64,000 bases of DNA from Felis catus (GCF_018350175.1 NC_058368.1:109618001-109682000); one strand, 5' to 3'. Positions 43,046 through 57,123 are shown, counted from the stretch's first letter. Notes: generated by a model from the letters alone, not told the origin. Numbers and translations: made by a program.

Positions 43046-43326
43046 AAGACAGATACCATATGTTTTCACTCTTATGTGGATCCTGAGAAACTTAACAGAA
43101 ACCCATGGGGGAGGGGAAGGGAAAAAAAAGAAAAAAAAGAGGTTAGAGTGGGAGAGAGAGCCAAAGCATAAGAGACTCTTAAAAACTGAGAACAAACTGA
43201 GGGTTGATGGGGGGCGGGACGGAGGGGAGGGTAGGTGATGGGCTTTGAAGAGGGCATCTTTTGGGATGAGCACTGGGTGTTGTATGGAAACTAATTTGAC
43301 AATAAATTTCATATAATATAAAAAAA
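43046..43326 (+). mobile_element. Young 5'-truncated felid L1 3' end
   Basis: Same 3'UTR family, TSD aaagtatttctctca (43031-43045, 43327-43341). Confidence 0.92.
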
Positions 43327-44909
43327 AAAGTATTTCTCTCATGTCTAACATGTGCCCCCTCCAGCTTCATATTTCCAAGTTCAAATTGATCATCCAAATC
43401 TCCTCAACTCGTCCTCTATGTCACTGTTTATTACACTTGAGAAAGTGTAATAGCATTCTTGGCTAACAGGGGACACTATGAACATGCCAACTTTCAGTTC
43501 CCCTAAAGTAACAAGGGTGCCAACCTAAAACAAGATATTAATATTAAACATTAAGATATTAATATTAAACATTAATATCTATTATTTATTAAATCTATTT
43601 ATTAACTTAATAAATACACAAGAAGCATCTATTATATACTTAGTACTGGATAGAGAACAAGAAGAATTTGTCACAGTAGGTAGTAAAACTTACTATAAAG
43701 TCATCACCATTATCAAAACAGCATTGTAGTACACAGAAATGAACTAAATGCTCTGCAAAACAAAACCCAGAAATAAACTCAAAGATACATCGGATATTAA
43801 CAGTTAAAAAATCCAATCCAATGAGAAAAGAATGTTTTATTTAAAATCTTCTATTTACTAACAAGAGCCAAGTATTTTTCTAAAGTGACATAGTCATTAA
43901 AATGGTAAAGTGATGTTTCAAACTCAGAAAAAATAAACCCTTTAATCGAGCAACCTTACTTGTGGGGCTATAACCCACAGAATTAGCAGTACAGCCATAA
44001 GCTACAAAGATGTTTAGTGAAGCACTTCTGTTAATGGTAAAACAATTGAAAATAATGAAATGACCAAGAAGAGAAAAAATGGTTAACTAAATAGTTAAAC
44101 CACAGTTTTTTAATAATAAACAAATGAGGCAGGTCTTTGCCAATGAACTTGGAGGAATTTCCATAATTGCTGCTTTGTGAGAATACATACATGCGACACA
44201 ACGTATAGTATGACTGATCATTCTTTGTTCAGGGTAAACTAGAATTGTTAGGTGTTGAGTATATCCATAAGAATTAGATTCAACTAACTCGACTAACATC
44301 AGAATGTAACAACTAATATTCTCACAAGCTAAACATCAGGACACTGAAATGTGAATATACAGTTTTCATATATAAAACATAGGATGTCTTCCTATTTAGC
44401 TATCTCTTCTTTATTGGTCCTCAGCAAATGTTTTGGCTGTTCATATAAACATGAATAAGGAGTGTTCTTCCACCTACACACTTTCCAAAAGAGATAAACC
44501 TTAATGGTTTTGTTTCTCCAATTACAAAAGCAATACTGTTTGCTCAAATACTCTTTGCTCAAAACTTAATATAAATTAGAAATTAAAAGTCATCAACAAT
44601 TTCACTTTCCTGAAATAATACTGTGAGGAGCCACATATAATCATACACATGAAGAAATTATTACCCACACGATTCTTATTTAGTAAACAATGAACATAGT
44701 TCCACATCAATACATATGAATTTTCCTTCTTTTATTGCCTGTATAATATTTGTTTAACCAGAAAGCCCCTGATAGATTGTTGGGCTATATCCAGAATTTA
44801 GTATTTCAGACATTACAGCGAATGTGTATGTATGTGAAACTATTGTGAGGGTACATGCTATATCGCTTTTAATTTATATCACTAAAGTGCTTTCCAAAAT
44901 GAATGAATC

Positions 44910-45870
44910 GGGGACACCTGGGTGGCCCAGTCAGTTGAGCACCCAACTTCAGCCCAGGTCATGATCTTGTGGTCCATGAGTTCGAGCCCCACATCAGGCT
45001 CACCGCTGTCAGAGCAGAGCCCACTTCAGATCCTCTGTCCCCTTCTCTCTGCCCTCTCCACTCATTCCCTCTCTCTTTCTCTCTCTCTCTCTCTCTCCAA
45101 AATAAAACATTAAAACACACACACACACCAAAAACAAACAAACAAACAAACAAACAAACAAACAGGGGTGCCTGGGTGGCTCAGTCAGTGAAGTGTCCAA
45201 CTTTGGCTCAGGTCATGATCTCAAGGTTTGTGGGTTTGAGCCCGCATCGGGCTCTGTGCTGACAGCTCGGAGCCCAGAGCCTGCTTCAGATTCTGTTTCT
45301 CCCTCTCTCTATGCCCCTCCCCCGCTTGTGTGCTCTCTCGCTCTCAAAAATAATAAACATTAAAAAATTTAAAAAAGGGATACCTGGGTGGCTCAGTGGG
45401 TAAGGCCGACTTCCACTCAGGTCATGATCTCCCAGTTTGTGAGTTCGAGCCCTGTGTCAGGCTCTGTGCTGACAGCTCAGAGCCTGGAGCGTGCTTCGGA
45501 TTCTGTGTCTCCCCCTCTCTCTGCTCCTCCCATGCTCATGCTCTGTCTGTTTCTCAATAATAAGTAAATATTTTAAAAATTAAAAAAAAAATTAGGGGCG
45601 CCTGGGTGACTCAGTCAGCCAAGGGTCTGACTTCGGCTCAGGTCATGACCTCACGGTTTGTGAGTTCAAGCCCTGCATCGCGCTCTGTGCTGACAGCTCA
45701 GAGCCTGGAGCCTGCTTCGGAGTCTGTGTCTCCTTCTCTCTCTGCCCCTCCCCCGTTCATGCTCTGTCTCTCTCTGTCTCAAAAATAAATAAACGTTAAA
45801 AAAAATTTTTTTAAATTAAAAAAAATTTTTTAATAAATAAATAAATAAATAAAGATTAAAAAAAAAAAGA
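44910..45870 (+). mobile_element. Four tandem same-orientation CanSINEs
   Basis: Heads near 44910, 45165, 45377 and 45595, each following the previous A-rich tail. Confidence 0.9.
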
Positions 45871-46329
45871 CTGAATCAATGGACTGCCTACCAACAAAAT
45901 AATGAGACTGCCGTTTAATCATGCCATTCTCAATCCTAGGGCATGAGTCTTTTTAAATTGTGTCACCAATCTAAGAGGGAAAAAATCCAATTTCATTTGT
46001 TTATTTCATTCATTCATAAAATACATGAGCCTATCCATTATTGCTAGGCACTGGGCTAGAAGCTAGGGATAAAACGGAGAACGACACATAGACAGTTCTT
46101 GGCCATCTTATAGTCAACTGCATTCTACCGAATTTCTCTGATAGCTAGGTTGTACTTTTTTGTGTGTTAGCCATTATACTTCTTCTTTTGTGAACTGCCT
46201 ATTCATGTCTTTTGTCCATTTTCCTATTAAAGTGACAGTCTTTTAATTATGTGATAACAATGCTTTCTCAATTTGTCACATATCTTAACTGAGGAATACC
46301 AGGTTAGGATTAAATCATTTAAAAAAATT

Positions 46330-46540
46330 TTAAATCTTTATTTATTTTTGAGAGAGAGAGAGAGAGAGAGACAGAGTGCGAGTCGGGGAGGAACAGAGAG
46401 AGGAGACACAGAATCCGAAGCAGGCTCCAGGCTCTGAGCTGTCCACACAGAGCCCAATGTGGGGATCGAACTCAGAAACCATGAGATCATGACCTGAGCT
46501 GAAGTGTCACACTTAACCGCATGAGCCACCCAGGCGCCCC
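46330..46540 (-). mobile_element. CanSINE
   Basis: TSD ggttaggattaaatc. Confidence 0.9.
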
Positions 46541-48619
46541 GGTTAGGATTAAATCTTACATTGACGTGTGCATACTCACTCTACTGAGTACCGCTTCAAG
46601 TCTTCTGCCTCCTCCTCCAAGATCACCACCAAACTGTACTGGCAGGTTATGCCTAAACTCTTCAATCTCTTCACAATACATAAACTGCACTGCAGTTGCA
46701 GAAATTTGTCAGTGCTCTCTGGATTTGTTTCTGCTTCCTTCTTTCATCTTGATCTGGAAATGCTCAGCCTCTCTGGAGTTTTCCATTCTTTATTTCTGTG
46801 GGGTAACTATAATTAAGCTAAATAAATAATTTTAAATTCCTATACTACAGATATTATGCTATCTAGATCTTAATTCTCACTTATCCAGTATCCAAAGAGA
46901 CCAAAAATGAGTTCAACTATGGACAACATAGGATTGGAGGACTTAAGGAAGGAAACAGTTGGCTTTGACTGGCAGCCCCCGCCACCCACTTCACTTGTTA
47001 CAAAAGACTCATCCACCACTAGCAGCCCCAATCAAGTCAAACTGTATTTAGAGAGGAACCATGCAAATTAGAAAAAGGTCACCTCTCAGACATTCATATT
47101 TCTCTGAAGATTCTTAGGACCTCTTGGGAAAAAAGAAGGGCAATGACGGATTAAGAATAGCAATCTCAGGGGCACCTGGGTGGCTCAGTGTGTTAAATGC
47201 CTGACTCTTCATTTCAGTTCAGGTCCTGTTCTCACAGTATGTGAGATCAAGCCCTACATGTCGGGCTGTGCGGTGACAGTATGAAGCCTGCTTGGGATTC
47301 TCTCTCTCCTCGCTCTCTGGCCCTCCTCCGCTTGTGTGCGTGAGTGCTCTCTCACTTGCACTCTCTTTCTGAAAATAAATAAACATTAAAAAAAAAAAGA
47401 ATAACAATATCAGAAGAGTATGAAAAATAACTCAGGCACGTATGTAATAACTATTTACTGGATGAATATTTTGGAGCCAAAAAGAAGTCCTCCCTTATTT
47501 TTCCATAATCATCACAGGAAAGGCAAAGGTTATCAATTTTCAACAGGACCCTTTATCTCCCAATGCACAGTACCTCAAATTGTCAAGTGATATCTGTCGT
47601 TTAGTTATAAGCAAGGACTATTTGATAATCTAGATGTAGAGTGGTATCCTTGCTAATAAAGATTCTCAAAAATGTCTAGTAAGCAAAAACCAACATAGGC
47701 AATTACCTATTAACTAATTTCTTAAATACCTTAAAGTAATCTAAGTTCCAAACTTCAATTGAGCTATAAACAGTTGAGGCATGGTAATTTAGTACATGAG
47801 ATACGAAAAGATAAATGATTGTTATTTCTGATTATATATTAGACATACATTTTAGGTTCAGTAACCTCCTAAATTTCAGTTTTATCTTTTATAAAATGCC
47901 CATACTACTCTGATGATAATAATTAGATGAGAAAAGCATTTGAATGTATCTGAGCATTTACCATTACACAAGAATAAAGGATAAAACAAAAAATGAAGGG
48001 TGACTCCAAGTGAGCATAAGAGATCATTTTGGGGTGATGGAAATGTTCTACAATTAAACTGTGATGAGGGCTGCACACTCTATAAACTGATTTAAACACT
48101 GTTCAACTGTACCCTTAAAAAGTGAATTTTATGGGGTGCCTTGGTGGCTCAGTCAGTTAAGCTCCGACTTTGGCTCAGGTCAACGATCTCGTCAGTGAGT
48201 TCGGGTCCCGCATCGGGCTCTGTGCTGACAGCTCAGAGCCTGGAGCCTGCTTCAGATTCTGTGTCTCTCTCTCTCTCTGCTCCTCCCCCATTCATGCTCT
48301 GTCTCTCTCTGTCTCTCAAAGATGAATAAATGTTAAAAAAAAATTTTTAAGTGAATTTTATGCTATAAAGCTGTTTTTAAAAAAGATAATAATGGAATAT
48401 TAACAGCTTGAAAAGGATCCTTGATTACTCTCATTTCTCAAGTGTTCCTCTGTATCTGTGGCCTTACTACTGATGGTCTGTAGGCCAGTGCATTTCCTTA
48501 AATAACAGAGGCCTCCAACTTTCTGCTTAAACTGCCTTTTCCCTATCACAAAAAACTGAGGTCTCCTACCATTAAAATAATCTGGTGTTAAAGAGATAAA
48601 GAATATAAATAAGGACAAA

Positions 48620-50315
48620 CATTACAGTCTCTCAGGATTTGATACAATGAACTTGAACACAATACAATAAGCCAACTAGTCCTAACAGATACATATAAAA
48701 CACTCCACTCAACAATAGAATATACTTTCTTCTCACATGCAGTATTGTCACTAGGAATAAAATACTCAGAAATAAATTTAACAAAAAACAAGAAAACATG
48801 CTCTGGAAACTATAAAATGTTATTGAAAGAAATGAAAGAAGACCTAAAGAAGTGGAAAGACATCTCATATTTGTGGATTGGAAGATTTAACTATTAAGAT
48901 GGACATGCTCCCTAAACTCCTCTACAGATTCAACACAGTTATCAATACCCCAGCCGACTTCTTTGCAGAAGTTGACAATCTGATTCTAAAATTCATATGG
49001 AAATATAAAGGATCCCGAACAGACAAAACAATCTTGCAAAAGAGCAAGCTGGAAGTCACACACACTTTCCAATTTCAAAACTTACTACAAACCTATAAAT
49101 CAAATAAATAGAACTGAGAGTCCAGAAACACATTACATTTATAACTGATTCTCATTAAGAGTGCCAAGACAACTCAATTGAAAAATGGGCAAAGGACTTA
49201 AATATTTCTCCAAAGAAGATATTAAAATGGCCAATAAATAATTAATACTTTGTTACCTACACTGGAAACAAAATTTTAAAAGAGAAAAGAGAAATAAAAT
49301 ATGACCAACAGTGGCACCTAGGTGGCTCGGTCAGTTAAGCGTCCAACTTCGGTTCAGGTCATGATCTCATGGCCCTTGAGTTCAAGCCCTGTATTGGGCT
49401 CTGTGCTGACAGCTCGGAGCCTGAAGCCTGACTCAGTGTCTCCGTCTCTCTCTGATACTCTCCCGTTCACACTGTCTTTCTCTCTCTCACTCTCAAAAAT
49501 AAATAAAAACATTTAAAAAAAATTTTAAATGAGCAATATATGAAAAGACGCTCAACATCATTAGTCATTAGGGAAACACAAATCAAAACCACAATGAGAT
49601 ACCACTTCACCACTCATTAGGATGGCTATTACCAAAACAAACAAACAAACAAAAACTGCTGTTAAGAAAGTTGAGAAATTAGAATGCTTGAGCATTCATT
49701 GCTGATGGAAACGTAAAATGGTTCAGATGGAGTGGAAAACAGTTTGGTGGTTACTCAAAAAGCATAAAAGAATTTCATGTGATCCGGCAATTATACTATG
49801 TCTATACCCAAAAGAACTGAAAGCAGGGACTCAGGTACACCAATGCTCATAGCCCCATTATCCACAACAGTCAAAAGGTAGAAGCAACACAAGTGTCTAT
49901 CAAAAGATGAGTGGATAAACAAAATGTGGCACATATATGCAATGGAATATTATTTGGCCTTAAAAAAGAATGAAATTTTGACATGCTACAACATGGATGA
50001 ACCTTGAGGATATTTCACAAAGTGAAATGGGACAGTCACAAAAAGACAAATAGTGTATGATCCCACTTACATGAGGTGCATAGAAAATTCACAGAAAGAG
50101 AAAGGAGAATTGTGGTTGCCAGGGGCTAGGGATAAGGAGGAATGGGAATTATGTTTAATGGGTATACAGTTTTTGTTTGGAATGATGAAAAAGACCTGTA
50201 AACAGACAATGGTGATGGTTTCACAATACTGTGAATATACTTAATGCCATTGAGCTACACACTTAAAATGACTAATAACTTTTATGTTATGGATATTTTT
50301 CCACAATAAAAAAAT
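48620..50315 (+). mobile_element. Old L1M ORF2 fragments plus 3'UTR
   Basis: Peptide KMDMLPKLLYRFN..FFAEVDNLILKFIWKYKG and terminus ttttccacaataaaaaa. Confidence 0.83.
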
Positions 50316-50925
50316 TACAATAAGCACACAGTAAAAAAAAAGGTTTAACGTGCATTCCCAATGAAGCAGAAAGCCACCTTCTATAATATTTTAATGAACA
50401 CATGCAGTCTTAGAACGTTTCAAATTTAAATTTTAAAAAGATTAAAAGCAAAATGTGACCTTTAACTTGCGTCTTTCAAATGATGTTCAGAACCTACTAC
50501 AATGTTTTTTTCAATTATTGTCTCAGAACATCTACACTGCTAACAAACGGAGCTGTTCAACTACCAGATTATTAAATTATTTAAACTCTAAAAATCTAAA
50601 TGAGACTAGAGCTAAGAGCATGATCATTTTAGAATCCAGTTTACAACAAATGCTATTAAACTGTAATTTTATCACAATGCACTGTATTAAAGCAAAAAGC
50701 CTCATGTGTACTGAAATCTCCCTTGGCCTCCTTTGGCAGGATTTCTCTGTGAGAATCTGAAGAGGTTATTTCCTAAAAGGTAGGGAAATAAATATTGTAC
50801 ACCTAGAGAGCAAAGCCGATAGTAACAAACCATCAGGTCCCAAAACAGTATTTTGCAGAGAAGGATCTTGCCCCACAGTCAGAAATAAGACTTCTACAGC
50901 CTTTAGGTTTAAAATACTGCCATGT

Positions 50926-51163
50926 GGGGCGCCTGGGTGGCGCAGTCGGTTAAGCGTCCGACTTCAGCCAGGTCACGATCTCGCGGTCCGGGAGTTCGAG
51001 CCCCACGTTGGGCTCTGGGCTGATGGCTCAGAGCCTGGAGCCTGTTTCCGATTCTGTCTCTCCCTCTCTCTCTGCCCCTCCCCCGTTCATGCTCTGTCTC
51101 TCTCTGTCCCAAAAATAAATAAACGTTGAAAAAAAAAAAATTAAAAAAAAATAAATAAATAAA
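50926..51163 (+). mobile_element. Young felid CanSINE
   Basis: TSD taaaatactgccatg. Confidence 0.93.
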
Positions 51164-53291
51164 ATACTGCCATGAAAAACACGGAAGCAAAGATAACTCC
51201 ATTCTGGTTGTGCTTTCTTCGTTGTATCTTTATACATAAGCAGAATTTCTTATAATCATTTTTCATAACTCACTCTCAACTAGGCCCTCAAAGATTCCCA
51301 AAATCTTACTAGTTTTCACAGATGAATGTTCTTTCCTACTTCTCACAAGTATTTTCATGGAGTCCTAGGACTCTCTCTCCCAACTTGCATTCCACAAATG
51401 GCCTTGTTCTTAGTGAACAGAGATTGAAAACAGAAAATTAAACAAGAGACAGAAATTTTCTCATCAATCAACCATGAACTTTCAAACTACCAGCATCTGA
51501 ATCCATTCTTATTTCCTCTGGGTAAAAAAGAAAAAGTATCTCTTTTCTGTGAAAGAACAAGTATGTCCATTTTACTACGTTCTAGACCTTTATCAGTTAC
51601 TGACTTCTCTCTAGCAACTTCAACTTCTCCCTCTCTAATGAATCCTTTCTACCAGCATCCAAGCATATTCTTCCTTTATTTAAAAAGTTTATATACACTT
51701 GAGAGAGAGAGAGAGACAGAGAGAGAGAGAGAGAAGGAGGGAGCGTGCACCCAAGTGGGGGAGGGGCAGAGAGAGAGGCCACAATCCCACAGTGCCAGTG
51801 TAAAGCCTGACAGGGGTTGAACTCACGAACCTTGAGATCAAATTCTTCTTCAAAAAAAGAAACAGACTCAGGGTGCCTGGGTGGCTCCATCGGTTAAGTC
51901 TCTGACTCTTGATTTCAGCTCAGGTCTTGACCTCACAGTTCGTGAGTCAGTTTGTGAGTTCGCGCCCTCCATCAGGCTCTGCACTGTCAGCGCAGAACCT
52001 GCTTGGGATTCTCTCTCTCCACCCCTCCCCTGCTCACGCTCTCCCACTCTAAAAACAAATAAACTTAAAAAGAAAGAAAAAGAAAAAGGCTTCCTTGATC
52101 CCATCTTTCTCTCCAGCTACCATTCTATCTTTTCTCTTCTCTATTTTCGTTCATGGCCAAGCTTCTCAAAAGGACTCTTGGTGTTTGTCTACTTCCTCTG
52201 CAACCATTCATGTCATAAAAAGTTACCTGAAATAGGGTAAGAAGCAATAAACACTTGTGATAGTCATGAACCACCTCAGGAAATACAGCATTGCCAACAG
52301 AGTGAAAGGCTATTGTATACCATCCTTGGATCACATCTCTTGTACTCACTCCACCTTACAAGTGAGAGCCACTATTCTGATTTTGGTGATAATCATTCCC
52401 ATAAATTCCTTTTATATTTTTATAACTTATGTATATATCCTTAACACTGTTTTGCATATTTTTCAACATTTAAAAAGGGTATATTCTAAAGACCGAGGCT
52501 TTCTAATTCTCAGCATTATGTTATGAGGTTAATCCATGTTGATACATGTTACTATATATAGTACATTTATTTTCACCAAGGTGTATTCACACAACTTACC
52601 ACTGTCCAGTTGATGGATATTTAGTTTCCCCTTTTTCTGCCAACACAGAGCTGTAGTGATCATTTTTTTCTGCATTTCTCTTATGCCAGTGAGTGAAAGC
52701 TTTTCTAGAATAGACACCTACAAGTGGAATTTCTAGGATGCAAGCATCTTCAATGTTGTTTTTTTTTTTTTAATATTTGTTTAGTTTTGAGAGAGCATGT
52801 GCACAAGCAAGATAGAAGATCCAAAGCAGACTCTGTGCTGATCGTAAAAAGCCCAATGCAGGCCTTGAACCCACAAACTGTGAGACCATGACCTGAGCAA
52901 AAACCAAGAGTCAAATGCTTGACTGACGGAGCCACGCAGGAGCCCATGGTATCTTCAATTTTAGTAGATACAGACAAATTGTTTTCCAAAACATATCCAA
53001 TCACTATTCAACCTTCTATTGTTTCCAACTTCCCAACATTCTGTTTTCAACTTCCCACATTCCACTTTGCCAAGATCACTAGTGATTTGCATATTACTAA
53101 ATCCAACAGACACTTAATCATCTTAGTTGACCTACCATTCAACACATCCAGCCACTAATGGCTCCTTAATATATTTTTTTTTTAACAAAAAGCTGCAAGT
53201 TTATTCACATAATAATTCTAACATGTATCAACATAACATGTATCAAAATTTCAAGCATGTCATTTTGAATCTCAAGAAACCACAACATTCA

Positions 53292-53536
53292 GGGGCGCCT
53301 GGGTGGCGCAGTCGGTTAAGCGTCCGACTTCAGCCAGGTCACGATCTCGCGGTCTGTGAGTTCGAGCCCCGCGTCGGGCTCTGGGCTGATGGCTCAGAGC
53401 CTGGAGCCTGTTTCCGATTCTGTGTCTCCCTCTCTCTCTGCCCCTCCCCCATTCATGCTCTGTCTCTCTCTGTCCCAAAAATAAATACAAAAAAAAAGTT
53501 AAAAAAAAAATAAAAAATAAAAAAAATAAAAAAAAA
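53292..53536 (+). mobile_element. Young CanSINE inside the SF3B6 pseudogene 3'UTR
   Basis: TSD aagaaaccacaacattca (53274-53291, 53537-53554). Confidence 0.94.
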
Positions 53537-53942
53537 AAGAAACCACAACATTCAGTATTCATTAAAAACAAAAAAAAAAGGGTGACGGTGGTCATTTATA
53601 GGTTTTAGTCCAACATGAAAATGCAGAAAATGTTTATTTTGTTCATCTGTGTTGATTCCATGTTTCTCCTTGAGAAGCTTCAACTGTTCTTCCTTCTTTT
53701 TTGTGTCCACCTTCTGAAATGCCCTATTGGCATTACAGTACAAAACCACCAGGTTATCTGTTATAAACACTGAATCCTGAAAGGTGATCACACACATTCT
53801 AGGCATCAAAGAAATCTTCACAGATCATGCAAGCTGTTCCTCTAGTTGCAGGTGTGTCCCCAGTCAGATTTAATGAATAGATCAGTATTTCCAAAATATA
53901 TCGTATGTTTCTTCACCTATGATGTCATATGGCAAATTTCTT

Positions 53943-54155
53943 TTTTTTTTTTTTAACGTTTATTTATTTTTGGGACAGAGAGAGACAGAGCATGAACGAG
54001 GAGGGGCAGAGAGAGAGGGAGACACAGAATCGGAAACAGGCTCCAGGCTCCGAGCCATCAGCCCAGAGCCCGACGCGGGGCTCGAACTCACAGACCGCGA
54101 GATCGTGACCTGGCTGAAGTCGGACGCTTAACCGACTGCGCCACCCAGGCGCCCC
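53943..54155 (-). mobile_element. Young CanSINE inside the SF3B6 pseudogene coding region
   Basis: TSD caaatttctt (53933-53942, 54156-54165). Confidence 0.94.
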
Positions 54156-55124
54156 CAAATTTCTTATATCTAAACTGATTTAGTTCAAGTGGAAGTCGAA
54201 TATTCACTGTCTTGGCAGGCTGATGAGGTTACTACAGCAAATACTGGAATCCCTCCGGACACCTCTGGAGCTCACTCAACTTTGACCACAACGTCAAATG
54301 CAGGACATCAACATACAGGCTCCCTCCTCCTTAATATACTTTTGGTTTCTGCAACTCCAGCCCTCACAGTTTTCCCACCACCTCAGTCTCCTCCCATTTT
54401 ACCTACCAGACTTCTTAGAAGTTGATGCTTCTCTGTGCTCAGCCATGGGTCTTATTCTGATTCAGTCTACATTCTCTCCTTACATTCTCATGGCTTAAAA
54501 TACTATGTGTACACAGGGGCACCTGGGTGGCTCAGTGGTTTAAGCATCTGACTCTTGACCTTAAGTCATGGTCTCAAGGTGTGTGGGATGGAACCCAGTG
54601 TCAGGCTCCGTGCTGACAGTGCAGACCCTGCGTGGGATTCTCTGTCCCTCTCTCTCTTTCTCTTAAAATAAACAAACTTAAAAAAACAAAAAAACCACCT
54701 ATATACCTACAATACAAATACCCAAATATGCACCATTATCAAATTTTTCTCTTTGAGATAGAGAACCTCGTTGATCATGTTCTTTGAGGGATCTCAATCT
54801 TAAATACATCCCGAATTGATTCCTTAATCTGTTTTTCCCTACTGCCAGGAACTCCTGCTCCAGTAATCCTCATTCTATCAACCAACTGCTCTTGTTCAAT
54901 CCTCCGTTTAACCTCTCTCCACAACCAACCCATAACCACAGCCTCCCAAAATATATTTTTAATTTATCTGTTCACTTCTTTCTGCTCAGCCACTAGTCAA
55001 AACAAGCTATTACTTTATCTCCTTGAACAAATGTTACAACTGGATTCCTGGTTCCCTTGTTTTCTAATCCATATTTCATACAGCAAAGTGATTTAATTTT
55101 TTTTAGAGGAAAAGGAAGTAGCTT

Positions 55125-55136
55125 TTTTTTTTTTTT

Positions 55137-55175
<39 letters not shown>

Positions 55176-55545
55176 ATGAGTGGGGGAGAGGGGCAGAGGA
55201 ACAGAGAGAATCTTGAGTGGGCTCCACACTCAGCAGAGCCCAACGTGGAGCTCAATTCCATGATCTAAGCCAAAATCAAGACTGGGATGCTCAAGGGGCA
55301 CGCGGGTGGCTCAGTCATTTAAGCGTCCAACTTTTGGTTTTGGCTCAGGTCATGATCTCATAGTTTATGAGATTCTCTCTCTCCCTCTCTCTCTGTCCCT
55401 CCCCATCTCCCCAGAGAGTCCTATCATGAACTCACACTCACTTTCCCTCTCTTTCTTTCTCTCTCAAGATAAATAAATAGACATTAAAAAAAAGAAAAGA
55501 AAAAAGAGTCAGAAGCTCAACCACCAAACCATCCAGGTGCCTCCA
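55125..55545. mobile_element. Minus-strand CanSINE interrupted by a plus-strand CanSINE (about 55295-55505)
   Basis: The outer element resumes after the inner A tail. Degenerate TSD aaga...gctcaa. Confidence 0.75.
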
Positions 55546-57123
55546 AAGTGATCTTTTTAAAACACAAACCGGATCATATCACCCAACCCCTGCTTTAAAA
55601 ATTTTAGTAAGCTTTCCATTTACCTTAGGAAAAACTTTAAGGTCCTGAAATGGCCTACAAAGCAATGATGTAACTTCATACTTGACGTGACTCCCACCTA
55701 TCTCATCAGATTTATTTTATATCTTATGAATAACCTCCCTTCCCAGTGCCCACCAATCATCTTTTCTTTTTTTAGCTTCTTGAACTTGTGGTGTTTTCAG
55801 CATTAGGAAATTCATGTAGACAATTCCATTTTCTCTCAGAGTACCTAATTATAATTAAGTATACACTTCTTTTGATGTTCATTAATATTTCCTCTCCCAC
55901 TAGGTCATGATCAGAGAATGTTGTCTGTTTTGTTCAGCCTTTCATACCTAGAACATAACCTAGTGGACAATCACTTCAGTAAGTAAACTAATGAACTTCA
56001 GGGCCTGGTTAGAAAGGAGCAATTATCTCACTATAAAATAATACTTAGAGATCATGGGATTCTTCACCTAACATCACAAAATCCCAGTATTTCAAAACTG
56101 GAATAATTAAGACTCCTATTACACTAAAATCAGACACCATCTGCAACATTTTAATTTAGCAGACACTTAACGTATGCATTAATTATTTTAGATCAGAATT
56201 GAAACACATGTCTTTACTTATCTGCCAAGCTATACAACTCTGATTCTATGACTATAACTCAATTCACTTTCCCTATGAAGCTTTTCCTAATAAAGCAAAA
56301 CTTTATTTGCTCATCTTAGAGGTCAAACAATACCACAACCAATGTTTATTATGTCATTACACACACATTCAATTGTTCAAGAAGTCATTTGAAACAGTAT
56401 TTTCCAAGTGGGTTACTGATAAATGTATTCTTTTTAAAATACTAGACAGGGGCAACTGGCTGGCTCAACTGGTAAAACATGCGACTCTTCATCTCAGGGT
56501 TGTGAGTTCAAACCCCACACTGGGAGTGGTGCCTACTTAAAGATTTTTTTTTAAAAAATCTAGATAATTTTAAGTCTCAATTCAAGAAATGTTTATTACA
56601 CACACAAGTATGCTCAACACTTAAATGTGAACATAAGAATATGACTATTCATATTACTTATAACCAGCTGCTTCCTTCTAGATATTTCTCTCAATAATAA
56701 TCCTAAAATGCTCCTTCTCCCAGTAGTCCTGCACAGTTTTACACACCAAAACCATTTTCAGAACCAAAACCAAGTAAAATTATATTTCTTGGGCTTTTAC
56801 TAATACTTGAGAAATATGTAAACCAAATTTAACTAGTTTAAACTTCTCTCAAAAAGTTACTACCAAATTCTAAAAGCATATGGACAAATAAACTGAAAAG
56901 TCTATTTTCATCTTTAAAGATGAATGAATGGGTGGATACGATGGTTAAAAGTCAAAGTTTACAGTTCCTTTTAGAAAGAAAACAATCTTGGGGCACCTAG
57001 GTGCCTCAGTTGGTTAAGCGTCCAATCTTGGCTTCAGCTTGGATTGTGATCTCATGGCTTGTGAGTTTGATCCCTGCAATAGGACTGTGCTGACAGCATG
57101 GAGCCTGCTTGGGATTCATTCAT

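Larger units (their letters stand above)
53174..54326 (-). pseudogene. SF3B6: Full-length processed pseudogene of SF3B6 (SF3b14/p14) in AFF4 intron 1, interrupted by two CanSINEs
   Basis: Intronless degenerate translation [82 protein letters not shown] matches SF3B6, with stops and frameshifts. AATAAA at 53200-53205, A10 tail at 53174-53183, TSD ctccttaatata at 53162-53173 and 54327-54338. Confidence 0.93.

Noticed and set aside
43532..43578. Short tandem duplication aagatattaatattaaacatt (similar ones near 2221 and 36164)
   Set aside because: Ordinary replication-slippage duplications in AT-rich intron. No spacer structure, so not CRISPR-like.
53552..53821. 89-aa ORF as a functional small protein
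   Set aside because: It is a frameshifted piece of the SF3B6 pseudogene with a non-ATG start and upstream stops.
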